A stretch of DNA of 53,267 nucleotides. It comes from Octopus bimaculoides. Taxonomy: Eukaryota. Position numbers and translations under genes: made by a program. The notes beneath the pieces were generated by a model that saw only the letters and a program-made list of their open reading frames with translations, was not told the DNA's origin and did no database searches. The stretch spans positions 12,566,960 to 12,620,226 of the forward strand of contig NC_068990.1 of the NCBI RefSeq assembly GCF_001194135.2, read 5' to 3'. Positions 25,207 through 36,522 of the stretch are shown piece after piece; position 1 is the stretch's first letter, and every line of letters starts with the position of its first letter.

Positions 25207-27682
25207 GTAAGTACCTTATTTTATCTTAAATATTGTTGTTTTGTTGTATTTAGAGCAGAGAGTATAAAAACCAAGAAGAGAAATGGAATCAGAGCATGTG
25301 TTTATTATTGGAATAAGGATCCTTCTGAGATACATGTCATTGATGAAGTCATGAATCTTTTTCTCTTTCACTTGTTTCAGTCATTTGACTGTGGCCATGC
25401 TGGAGCACTGCCTACGAATGGTGACTAAAAAAAATACTTTGACACACCTTGCTATTTGACTGAATGGCTGATCAAACAATTCATTAGTTAATTGGTTAAA
25501 TAGTTAACCAATTGACAAATAAACATTAAGAAGTGAAATAGAACCAGTGTGTGTGTGTGTGTGTGTGCGTGTATGTGTATTTGTGTGTGTTTGTTTGTTA
25601 TTGACATGATGACCCTCCTAAGATAGAACAAAATATATTTCAATGCATGAGTTCCCATCAAGAATATTGCAAACCAAATACAAGAATGAAATTGTTGTTT
25701 AACCCCAGGTCAGCACTGATTGAACAGACCAATGATCAAAAACATTCCTGCAATGAAATGGAATTGTCATTTATTTATTTTCAGACTGTATCTAAGAACT
25801 ACATTATGTTTCCTTTCATTTTTAAGACAGTAGGGTATTATGTGATAGAGATTTCGTTACTTTTTCTCGCAGGTCACATGAGCACACAGAGGCTTGTTCA
25901 TTGGTTATTTTATTGCTGGCCAAATGAGAAAACTGCACTCAGAAACTTATGCCTTCGTGGGTTATGTTGATCTATTTGTAAACTAGTTATCATGAGATGA
26001 AGAAGTAAAGCTCACTGCTGAAAGCATAGAGTTGGATATAATTAATGAGTGTTACATTAGCGTTTGATGCTTAAGTACAAATCTAATCAGAATACAGCTT
26101 GTAGAAAGAAGGGTGTCTCTAAGATGACTTAATCTAAAAACACACAACACGATCAATTTGTTGGCATTCCAGGTGTGACTGTCATGTACTTTCTTTTCCC
26201 AAATACAGTATTTAAAACTGTATTTATCCAATATGTTCTTCCTTTAAGAGATAAAGATGTGATTTTTAGGAGATTTAGTTGCTATGTCTTGTAAGTCAAG
26301 TGACCATGTAATGTTCCTCCCATTGGTTGGTTGATGAATAAGTGATCACTTAATCTCAAGCCAGCTTTAACTAAAAAGACTCATGATGAAAAGCCCCTCA
26401 GCCATGACACCTCCACCTACTATTTCAAGAGAGTATGGTGTGACTTGAGGGAATTTAGCTACTATTTCTGGCAGGCTGAACAACCATTCACAGGTTTGTT
26501 GACAAATGTCTTCACTTATGTTGTTGTCATGATGGAGCACTGAATTATAGGACTTACAGCTGCTACCACATGTGTGTTATAGAGTTTTTTTTTAATCACC
26601 ATTATCATTTTAATGTTCACTTTTACATGCTAGTATGGGTTAGGCAGATTTTCTACAGTCAAGTACCCTTCCAGTCACCAACCTGCACCTGTTTCCAGGC
26701 AAGGTAATTTTTCCCAAAGTCAGACATGTTCTTGCAGAATATAGGAAAAAAATAACATTCATTTACAACAATCACGTGATGTTAAGTCAAGGAGAAACAA
26801 ACACACACAGACACACATATATATATGACAGGCTTCTTTCAGTTTTTGTCTCCAAAATCCACTCGCAAGACTTTGTTTGGTCTGACGTTATAGTACAAAA
26901 CAATTTCACAAGGTACCACACAATGGAACTGAACTCAAAACCATGTTGTCGGGAAGTAAACCTCCCAACCACACAACTGCACCATAGAAAGAGAAAATGT
27001 TAAAGCGTATTTAAAGCCTGGATTCTCAGGGTCTCAGGGCTAATGTACACAACCTAAAAATTGAAATAAAGACTTGATAAGAACACTCAATTTAGCTATA
27101 TAACAAACAAGGTGTATATAGTCTCCAACAGCTGTTTCTAGAATATTCCAGCTATTGGAGCTTTATGCTGAGTGAGGATTCTATTGGCCGAATATTCCAT
27201 GGAGTGGGAGATGTTAAACAGGTGTAACAGTGGAGGAACATTACTCAACAATTATATTAGTATTATCATGGTTCATTTTGTCTAAAAGGCAGGAGCAATC
27301 CAATTTAAAGTCCAATTAAAATATGCATTCATTAGGTTAAAATATCATCATAACATCCACTTTTCTATGTATGGCTCAGACATTATTTGGTGAGATAGAT
27401 TTTAAAAATTTCTTTTATGTTGACAAACAAGATTATTTCTTCATGGTTTGACATGTTTCCACAGAAGATTAGAAATGCAGAACACAGCTTGTATGATGGT
27501 GACACAACTACTGCAGGATGTCAAGAAAGGGAGACAGACATACATACATATACACACAGACGCATAATTATACATATATACGAGAAGCTTTTTTCAGTTT
27601 TTGTCTACCATATCCACTCATAAGACTTTCCTCAGCCCAGGGTTATAGTATAAGGTATTTTGCCAAAGTGCTACACAGTGAC

Positions 27683-28067
27683 GCAGGAGTGGCTGCGTGT
27701 AAGTAGCTTGCTTACCAACCACATGGTTCCAGGTTCATTCCCACTGCGTGGCACCTTGGGCAAGTGTCTTCTACTGTAGTCTTGGGCCAACCAAAGCCTT
27801 GTGAGTGGATTTGGTAGATGGAAACTGAAAGAAGCCCATCATATATATGTATGTGTGTGTATATGTTTGTGTGTCTGTGTCCCCCCAACATCGCTTGACA
27901 ACCGATGGTGGTGTGTTTAGATCCCCTCGGCAAAAGAGATCGATAGAACAAGTACTAGGCATCCAAAGAATAAATCTTGGGGTCGATTTGCTTGACTAAA
28001 GGCGGTGCTCCAGTATGGCCGCAGTCAAATGACTGAAACAAGTAAAAGAGTAAAAAGAGTAAAGAGT
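27683..28067 (+). mobile_element. SINE family B, full-length tRNA-derived copy
   Basis: Head GCAGGAGTGGCTGCGTG..GGTTCATTCCC (A/B-box-like), body CACCTTGGGCAAGTGTCTTCTAC...GAAACTGAAAGAAGCCC, an internal (TA/TG)n tract, and a (AAAAGAGT)n tail. More than 15 related copies occur in the window. Confidence 0.9.
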
Positions 28068-28792
28068 GAGATTGAACCTGAAATCATGTTGTTTCCAATT
28101 CAAACTTGGCAACCATACAGCTATGCCTGTACTATGTTCAGAGAACTTTTATAGTGATGTCGTAAACTCTCATTATTCCAATGTTCCGATGTGAGTAAAA
28201 TATATAATAGCTTTGTCAATCTATTTGACATGCAAGAGTTTAATCCTTTCAACTAACATCCATTAAATACGAAATAATATTTTTATTGTTAAATCTACCA
28301 TCACCATATTTAAATGATCGGCAGTGAAGAGATTATATGCCATGTACAGAGATAGGATTGGACTATATTTTCATAATTCAGTGAACTGCCTATATTCTTC
28401 GGCTAACTATTGATACATCTCAGTAATCATTTGTTTGCTTATCTATTGGTGACTAGTGATTTGGACCTCAGTGGAGATTACAGTGGATTAAAACAGTGAT
28501 TGAGCTTGAATATTTCTCTGCTAGATTCATGATGTTTGCATGTCTTAACATACAATTGTCCATTTTCAGGTTCTATCTTGATTATAGCAAATGATTTAAG
28601 ATATATAAAGTATATTTCCACTGCTGGAAGTATAATTTAAAATAATAACATGACATGTTTAATATTACATATGATGGTTTAACATGCACACATATTTCTG
28701 GAAATTATGGCTAAAAATATCATATATATATAAAGGAGTCACATAGTGTTCACTGAGGTACTCATGTGGATTTCGAAATCACTATCTTGTCT

Positions 28793-28824
<32 letters not shown>

Positions 28825-29026
28825 GAAGTGTATTGCCACTTAAGTGTGGCTGACCCCTAGGGGTAGATGTTACTGTTGCATTNNNNNNNNNNTGACCCCT
28901 AGGGGTGGATGTTACTGTTGCTTTAGCCCCAGGAGGACATCTCCTCCAGCTGGCTTATCGACACACTACTGTGTCCTGTTTGTTTTGCCAAGGGAAGTTA
29001 TCTCTTATATAAATAAACATATATGT

Positions 29027-29350
29027 GAAGGTGTGTGGCTTAGTGGTTAGGGCATTCGGCTCACAATCGTAAGGTCGTGAGTTTGATTCCGGGCTGCGTG
29101 TTGTGTTCTTGAGCAAGACACTCTATTTCATGTTGCTCCAGTCCACTCAGCTGGCAAAAATGAGTATTATCTGTATTTCAAAGGGCCGGCCTTGTTATGC
29201 TATGTGTCACGTTGAGTCTCCCTGAAAACTACGTTAGGGGTACACATGTCTATGGATTGCTCAGTCAATTGCACATTAATTTCATGAGCAGGCTGTTCCG
29301 TTAATCATATCAGCTGGGACCCTCGTCGTCGTAACCGACAGAGTGCTCCT
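29027..29350 (+). mobile_element. SINE family C, tRNA-derived
   Basis: A box TGGCTTAGTGG and B box GTTTGATTCC, followed by TGTGTTCTTGAGCAAGACACT...CAGTCCACTCAGCTGGCAAAAATGAGTA. A second copy lies at 41255-41387. There is no tRNA acceptor stem. Confidence 0.85.
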
Positions 29351-29369
29351 TTATATATATATAAATATA

Positions 29370-29404
<35 letters not shown>

Positions 29405-30045
29405 NNNNNNNNNNNNNNNNNNNNNNNNNNNNNNNNNNNNNNNNNNNNNNNNNNNNNNNNNNNNNNNNNNNNNNNNNNNNNNNNNNNNNNNNNNNNNNNN
29501 NNNNNNNNNNNNNNNNNNNNNNNNNNNNNNNNNNNNNNNNNNNNNNNNNNNNNNNNNNNNNNNNNNNNNNNNNNNNNNNNNNNNNNNNNNNNNNNNNNNN
29601 NNNNNNNNNNNNNNNNNNNNNNNNNNNNNNNNNNNNNNNNNNNNNNNNNNNNNNNNNNNNNNNNNNNNNNNNNNNNNNNNNNNNNNNNNNNNNNNNNNNN
29701 NNNNNNNNNNNNNNNNNNNNNNNNNNNNNNNNNNNNNNNNNNNNNNNNNNNNNNNNNNAAAATAGTCAATAAAACATATATCAGAAAAGAAGTACACACA
29801 TATGTATGTATGTATGTATGTATGTCTGTGTGTGTGTATATGCATGCATGCATGTGTGTGTGTGCATGCATGTGTGTGTGTATTCCAAAAGATATAAGCG
29901 TGGTAGATCAGTTTGATTTAAGCTCATGTATTTGATGTTTTACCAGCTCTCTGAAACACATGTGCATTATATAATATATATATGTAAATTGTGGATATAT
30001 GTTTATATAATTGTAATATATTTGTACATATGTGTATTTATATAC

Positions 30046-30089
<44 letters not shown>

Positions 30090-30339
30090 GGGGGTGTGAG
30101 TATGTTACAAATGTGTATGTGTGTATATATATATATATACATGTATGTGTATGTATGTATATGTATGTATGTGTATGTGAATATGTTCACATATATGTGT
30201 AATTACATTTTTTAATATATGTGTGTGTTTATGTATGTATTTACACACTCATTCATATATACCTGTACATATATATGTAAAACCTGGCCATGCAAAACGA
30301 ATGAGGCATAGTTAGCAAGCACACCTTCAACTCATAAAC

Positions 30340-30598
30340 TTGGAAGATAAGAAATGCTCAGATTTATTACAATGGAACACCAGCAACTCTGTAATTAAAT
30401 GGTTCGGTAGCATTGAACATAAAGCATTCTGTAGATTCACCGAGTTTGACATAGTGGAATTTTATCTATCAATTTCTAAATCCCTTCTCCAAAAAGCCTT
30501 AGAATTTGGAAAGCCATTGACTGCTTTTAATGTACCTAACATCAGCATTTTAATGAAAAGCAGGATGCCGATCTTGTTTTATGATGATCCTTCAGAAT

Positions 30599-30666
<68 letters not shown>

Positions 30667-31020
30667 TAATAATAATAATAATAGTGAAAGGGTTGGGTGA
30701 AGAATGATGTGATATATAAATGGATAAATTTGATGGCTTTGTTTCTAAACTAAACTGCCTGAGAATTTTAGATACCACTCTAAAAAACCAAAAAAGCAGC
30801 TTATGACTAGCATAGGATTATACAGGGATGACGGATGGTCAGACTCCCACCACATACATCACCACAGCACGGTCATTCCATGAAATATGTAACAAGTATA
30901 TTAAAGGAACTTGATTTAAAAATAACCATCAATGCTAAGCATAAGAACACTCATTTATGAAGTCATTATATTGGACATGATTCAGGCAAATACCAGCTCT
31001 TCAGAAAGTCAAATGAAGAT
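30340..31020 (+). mobile_element. Penelope-like reverse transcriptase pseudogene fragment, interrupted by (AAT)n
   Basis: QWNTSNSVIKWF..IEHK....FTEFDIVEFYLSISKSLLQKALEF, then MDKFDG (cf. MGSFDG), SIGLYRDDG (YRDD at 30821-30832), and LKELDLKITINA...SGKYQLFRKSNE. The motifs are in Penelope RT order, with frameshifts and stops. Confidence 0.85.
30601..30684. repeat. (AAT)n microsatellite inside the Penelope RT relic
   Basis: Direct reading; about 27 units. Confidence 0.97.
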
Positions 31021-31334
31021 ATGGATACATTGTCATCATCATCCTTTAACATCCGTTTTTCGTGCTGGCATAGGTTGGATGCTTTGACTGGGATTGTAAG
31101 CCAGAGAGCTGTACCAGGTTCCAGTCTGATTTCACTTGATTTCTATGGCTCCATGCCCTTCGTAATGCCAACCATTCCAAAAGTGTAGTGAGAGCCTTTT
31201 ACATCTCACTGGCCAATACATCCTTGCTTACATACATAAAAACATATATATATAATAATAATAATATATAAATATATGCATGTATCCATACATATATGTA
31301 CATACCTACATTTATATGTATACATACATGCATA

Positions 31335-31900
31335 TATGGGTACAGGACATCAAAAAAACGTTAAACGCAATGAGAAACAAAAAACGAAAACGTAAAAACG
31401 AAAACAGAAAGCGAACATTTTTCGAACGACGAAAAAAAACAAACAGAAAAACGAAACATGAAATATAAAGAGTATACCCCTTCGTCAGTTGACCCTGTTC
31501 CATCTACTATGCGTTTCGAAGGCAAGGACAATATGCAACTTCATTGGAACAGTCCTTACCGCAAAGCAAATTAAATAAAATTAGGAGTTTTTTGCGGAGG
31601 GTGAAAGTGTTAACAAGAACAGGACAGTGAGAACAAGACAGTAAGAACAAGACAGTAAAAAAAAATGGTGAGGGCTGTTGAGTCAAGACGATAGAAAAAT
31701 TATTATGAAGGCTAAGTACACGTTCCATGAGTGAAGAAACACAAAAAACATGTCCTGTCTTTAGGAAGGCAGTGGACAGAAAGAGAGATCCCCTTTCGTC
31801 ATGTGTTAGCGACGAGACGGTGAAGGAGGAAGAGTGAGAGAGAGAGAGAGGGAACGGTGAAAGGGAGAGAAGAATAGGGAAAGGGTGGGATATATATATA
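31335..31900 (-). mobile_element. Unclassified repeat carrying GAAAC...CTGACGA motifs
   Basis: Minus strand reads CCTTC-GAAA-CGCATAG...GTCAA-CTGACGA-AGGGG and ends GTCCTGTACCCAT plus microsatellite, as in the 3.9-kb element. Confidence 0.45.
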
Positions 31901-32286
31901 TATATATATATAGATATAGATATAACTGAAGGGTAAAAGCACAGGATATGAGGATCTTTGGGGCCTTTGGAAAAACTCAGAAATTGGAAACTACTTTTAT
32001 GTCTGTGTCAAAACATCTAGCTCATGCCAGCATGGACTATGGACACTAACTAAATGATGATGATGATGATTGTTTCTTGCTTGCTTCATACTCTTGCTTG
32101 ATGGAGCTGAGGTCATCCCAGGTTAGTGGAACCAGAGGTGTTATCATACATAGAGACAACCAAGTCCACTAGGGTTCTGCATCGTTGGCAGTTCCATGTC
32201 AGTCCCTCTGTATCCTTATATTTATATATATATTTATATATATAGATACCTATATACATAAATATATACATATATATGAAGATATA

Positions 32287-32321
<35 letters not shown>

Positions 32322-33140
32322 TCACACATAGATACATACGTGTATATACATATATATACACAAATATATATATACATGCACACATACACACACTCACACG
32401 CATATGTATATATGCATACATACATACATACATACATATATACATACATACATACATACATATATATATATATATTAGAACCACATTTCATTTCAATGAG
32501 TTGGGGGCAAGTGCACAATGAAGCCATTGAGAGGTAGGCCCTGAAACAGCATGCATTCCTTCCTGATGACCCCATAAACTTGCTAGCATCTGGTATACTG
32601 AGCTTTCAACTGGTAGCACTTGCATCTGCAAGTTGTTTGCAAAAAAATTTAGTTAGTCTGAGGCTATAATAAAAGACACTCAACAAGATTGCCAGATTGC
32701 TATTCTATGGAACCAAAATGATGTGCTTGAGAAGCAAACTTCTGAGCCATGCAGCTGTACCTGTTTCTAAAATAATTCTTTAAAACAAAAATATGTCTTA
32801 AAATATTTAAAATATCCTTTCAAATATTGCTTAAACAACAACGGAATTTCATGAGAACAATTTTTTGAGTGTGCTTGCTTGTTTGAAATTTAAGACATTT
32901 GGAATATTCTAATGAGAACCAGAAAGGAAAAGAAAAACTACCAATTTTACATGTGACACTTGCATGGGTTTTCCAAGAAAATATTAAAATCAGCGTTTTC
33001 TTCATAACTTTTATATAATATTGCAAAAAAATATATTCAAATAACTAGTAATTCAAGTGAAAACTCGTTTGATTTATCAACTGAATGATAACATATGTGA
33101 AAAACCAAGATTAAATAAATAATAACCTTTCAGTTACATA

Positions 33141-33142
<2 letters not shown>

Positions 33143-33217
<75 letters not shown>
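33143..33217. repeat. (GT)n microsatellite (one of many TG/TA tracts)
   Basis: Direct reading. Similar tracts flank most N gaps. Confidence 0.97.
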
Positions 33218-33218
<1 letters not shown>

Positions 33219-33514
33219 ATGTCTCCTTGTATCTGTGTGCATGAAGACATGTTGTCTAGTGGGCAGGATGTTGCATTCAAGATCACAAGACTGTGATTTC
33301 AATTCTCAGATCGGTGGTGTGTTGTGTTCTTCAGTTAAATATTTTCTTTCATGTTGCTCCAGTCTGCAATGGACTGGAGTTCCATTTAGGGGAAGGTTGG
33401 CCTTCTTGCCTGGCCAATGCTGTAACATCATTTGAAAGCTACAAGAATTTGAGGAATCACATTGTGACCATTGGCGTACTACAATATCTGAGAGTCTGGT
33501 CACTACATTGATTG

Positions 33515-33990
33515 TCATCATCGTTGTTGTTTAATGTCTGCTTTCCATGCTGGCATGGGTTGGACGGTTTGACTGAGGACTGGCAAGCCAGAAGGCTGCA
33601 CCAGGTTCCAATCTGATCTGGCAAAGTTTCTACAGCTGGATGCCCTTCCTAATGCCAGCCACTCTGAGTGAGTGTGTAGTAAGTGCTTTTACATGCCACC
33701 GTCACGAGGGCCAGAATGGCCTCTCTGGCAACGACCACGCTCAAATAGTGCTTTTTACATGCTACCTGCACAGGACCCAGTCCAGCAGCACTGGAAATGA
33801 ATGCTCAAATGTTGCTTTTCATATGCCACCAGCACATGTGCCAGTAAGGCGATGCTGGCAACGATCATGCTCACGTGGTGCTTTTTACATGCCACTGGCA
33901 CAGGAGCCAAACTGTAGCCCTGGCAATGATCATGCTCGGATGTGCTTTTAACGTTCCACTGGCACGAGTGCCAATCTGGCAGTACTGTCA
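33515..33990 (-). mobile_element. Family A copy with five ~65-bp tandem units
   Basis: Family A 3' part, followed by GTGCTTTT(T)ACATGCCAC... units starting at about 33683, 33748, 33811, 33878 and 33942. Confidence 0.85.
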
Positions 33991-34296
33991 TCGGCCATAT
34001 ATATATTTTTAACATCTCTTTTCCATCTTTAACAGTCTGTTGAGTTTCTATGGAATACCTTTCCATAAATTCTCATCATACATCATATACATTTAATAAT
34101 TACATAATGATCTTTTCTCATTTCCATCTACCAAGTCCACTCACAAGCCTTTGGTCAACCTGAAGATATAGTAGCAGACATTTGCCCAAGGTGTCATACT
34201 GTTGGACTGAGACTGGGACTGAATCTAAAACCATGTGCTTGTGAAGCAAACTTCTTACAACAGAGACACATTTGCACCTCTCTTTCCCACTATATA

Positions 34297-34752
34297 TCAT
34301 CATCATCACCGTTTAACGTCCGTTTTCCATGTTGGCATGGGTTGGATGGTTCAACTGGGGTCTGGGAAGACAGGAGGCTGCACCAGGCCCCAATCTGATC
34401 TGGCAGTGTTTCTACAGCTGGATGCCTTTCCTAATGCCAACCACTCCGAGACTCTAGTGGGTGCTTTTTACATGCCACCGGCTCAGAGGCCAGAGGAGCT
34501 GGCATTGACCACGATCGGATGGTGCTTTTTACGTGCCACCAGCATGGAGGCCAATTTTTGTTTGGTTCTAGCTCCACATAAAAGCATCCAGTCCACTCTG
34601 TAAAGTGGTTAGTTTTAGGAAGGGCATCCATCCATCCATAAAGACCACGCCAAAACAGACAGTGAATCTTGACACAGTCCTCTGGTTTACCAGTTCCTGT
34701 TAAACCATTCGTGCCAAGCCAGTATGGAAGATGTACATTAAATGATGATGAT
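34297..34752. mobile_element. Head-to-head pair of family A copies
   Basis: A (CAT)n-starting minus copy at 34297-34550 abuts a plus copy at about 34570-34752 ending GTACATTAAATGATGATGAT. Confidence 0.75.
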
Positions 34753-35958
34753 TGTCACACACACACACACACACACGTGCAGAGGTATATAATATATGCA
34801 TATACATTTTATACATATGTATTTATTATCTAATATTACTATGTACGAATGATAGATCCCAAATTAACTGCGAAAGTAAAAAGAAAATAGGATGAATAAG
34901 AGAGAAATCAATGTAGTGTGCAACAGAGAATATATCGTGTTGATATGGACATGTGATGAGTATGGAAGATGACAGCTGAGGAAGAACCACCAAGCGATCG
35001 AAGTGGAAGGTTCCTGTGGATGTGGGGGAGAGCAGTTGTACTTGATCTCATGAGGTTGAACTTCACAAATAAGTGTGTGAATGGCTGCAACATATGACTA
35101 AATGGTGTGTTTGATAAGCGCCCATCCAATCCATAGAAGCATGGAAAAGCAGATGTAAGATGATGATGATACACACACACACATACATATGCTTATATAT
35201 ATAAATATATATANNNNNNNNNNNNNNNNNNNNNNNNNNNNNNNNNNNNNNNNNNNNNNNNNNNNNNNNNNNNNNNNNNNNNNNNNNNNNNNNNNNNNNN
35301 NNNNNNNNNNNNNNNNNNNNNNNNNNNNNNNNNNNNNNNNNNNNNNNNNNNNNNNNNNNNNNNNNNNNNNNNNNNNNNNNNNNNNNNNNNNNNNNNNNNN
35401 NNNNNNNNNNNNNNNNNNNNNNNNNNNNNNNNNNNNNNNNNNNNNNNNNNNNNNNNNNNNNNNNNNNNNNNNNNNNNNNNNNNNNNNNNNNNNNNNNNNN
35501 NNNNNNNNNNNNNNNNNNNNNNNNNNNNNNNNNNNNNNNNNNNNNNNNNNNNNNNNNNNNNNNNNNNNNNNNNNNNNNNNNNNNNNNNNNNNNNNNNNNN
35601 NNNNNNNNNNNNNNNNNNNNNNNNNNNNNNNNNNNNNNNNNNNNNNNNNNNNNNNNNNNNNNNNNNNNNNNNNNNNNNNNNNNNNNNNNNNNNNNNNNNN
35701 NNNNNNNNNNNNNNNNNNNNNNNNNNNNNNNNNNNNNNNNNNNNNNNNNNNNNNNNNNNNNNNNNNNNNNNNNNNNNNNNNNNNNNNNNNNNNNNNNNNN
35801 NNNNNNNNNNNNNNNNNNNNNNNNNNNNNNNNNNNNNNNNNNNNNTATATATATATATATATATATATATGCATGCTTACATACACATACATGCACATAT
35901 GTACATGTATGCATATGCACACAACCACACTCACACACACGTATGCAGATGCACTTGA

Positions 35959-36000
<42 letters not shown>

Positions 36001-36257
36001 ATGATTACCATACATGACCATACGTATTCATGTAGGTCATCATATCATAACTAATGGCTCGAGAAATATTTGGTTTATGGATAGTAATTATAAACTTTCA
36101 CAATAGATCAGTCCTGAGATGATTTACCAGTTATATCCTGAGGCTCAATAAAGTAGATGCTACTCTTAGAACGAAGTTAATAAATTCAATTTATTTGGAT
36201 GTTTCTCAGAGTAAACAGCCATTAATTTGAAATTTCTATTTATCTACCAATCATTCA

Positions 36258-36323
<66 letters not shown>

Positions 36324-36327
36324 CTAC

Positions 36328-36363
<36 letters not shown>

Positions 36364-36522
36364 TTATCTATTTATCTATCTGTCTCTATTTATCTATCTA
36401 TCTATCTATCTATCCATCTATATCTATATCTATATCTATCTATCTATCTATTTATCTATTTATCTATCTGTCTCTATTTATCTATCTATCTATCTATCTA
36501 TCCATCTATATCTATATCTATA
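36258..36522. repeat. (TATC)n tetranucleotide microsatellite running into a gap
   Basis: Direct reading. Confidence 0.97.

Noticed and set aside
28845-28925. Direct repeat TGACCCCTAGGGGT(A/G)GATGTTACTGTTGC on both sides of a 10-N gap
   Set aside because: Typical unmerged contig overlap or two haplotypes at a scaffold gap; probably an assembly artefact.
29031-29095. tRNA-like sequence with A and B boxes (also 41255-41311)
   Set aside because: It lacks a 3' acceptor strand and continues into a repeated SINE body, so it is a SINE head, not a tRNA gene.
10335-31020. Roughly 10-kb spacing of Penelope-related pieces (10.5, 20.4 and 30.6 kb)
   Set aside because: Orientations and order are inconsistent with one element, and gap lengths are estimates; treated as coincidence.
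33683-33990. Regularly spaced repeats that superficially resemble a CRISPR array
   Set aside because: Whole units are homologous with no unique spacers, the units are diverged, the array is part of a eukaryotic retroposon, and no cas genes are present.
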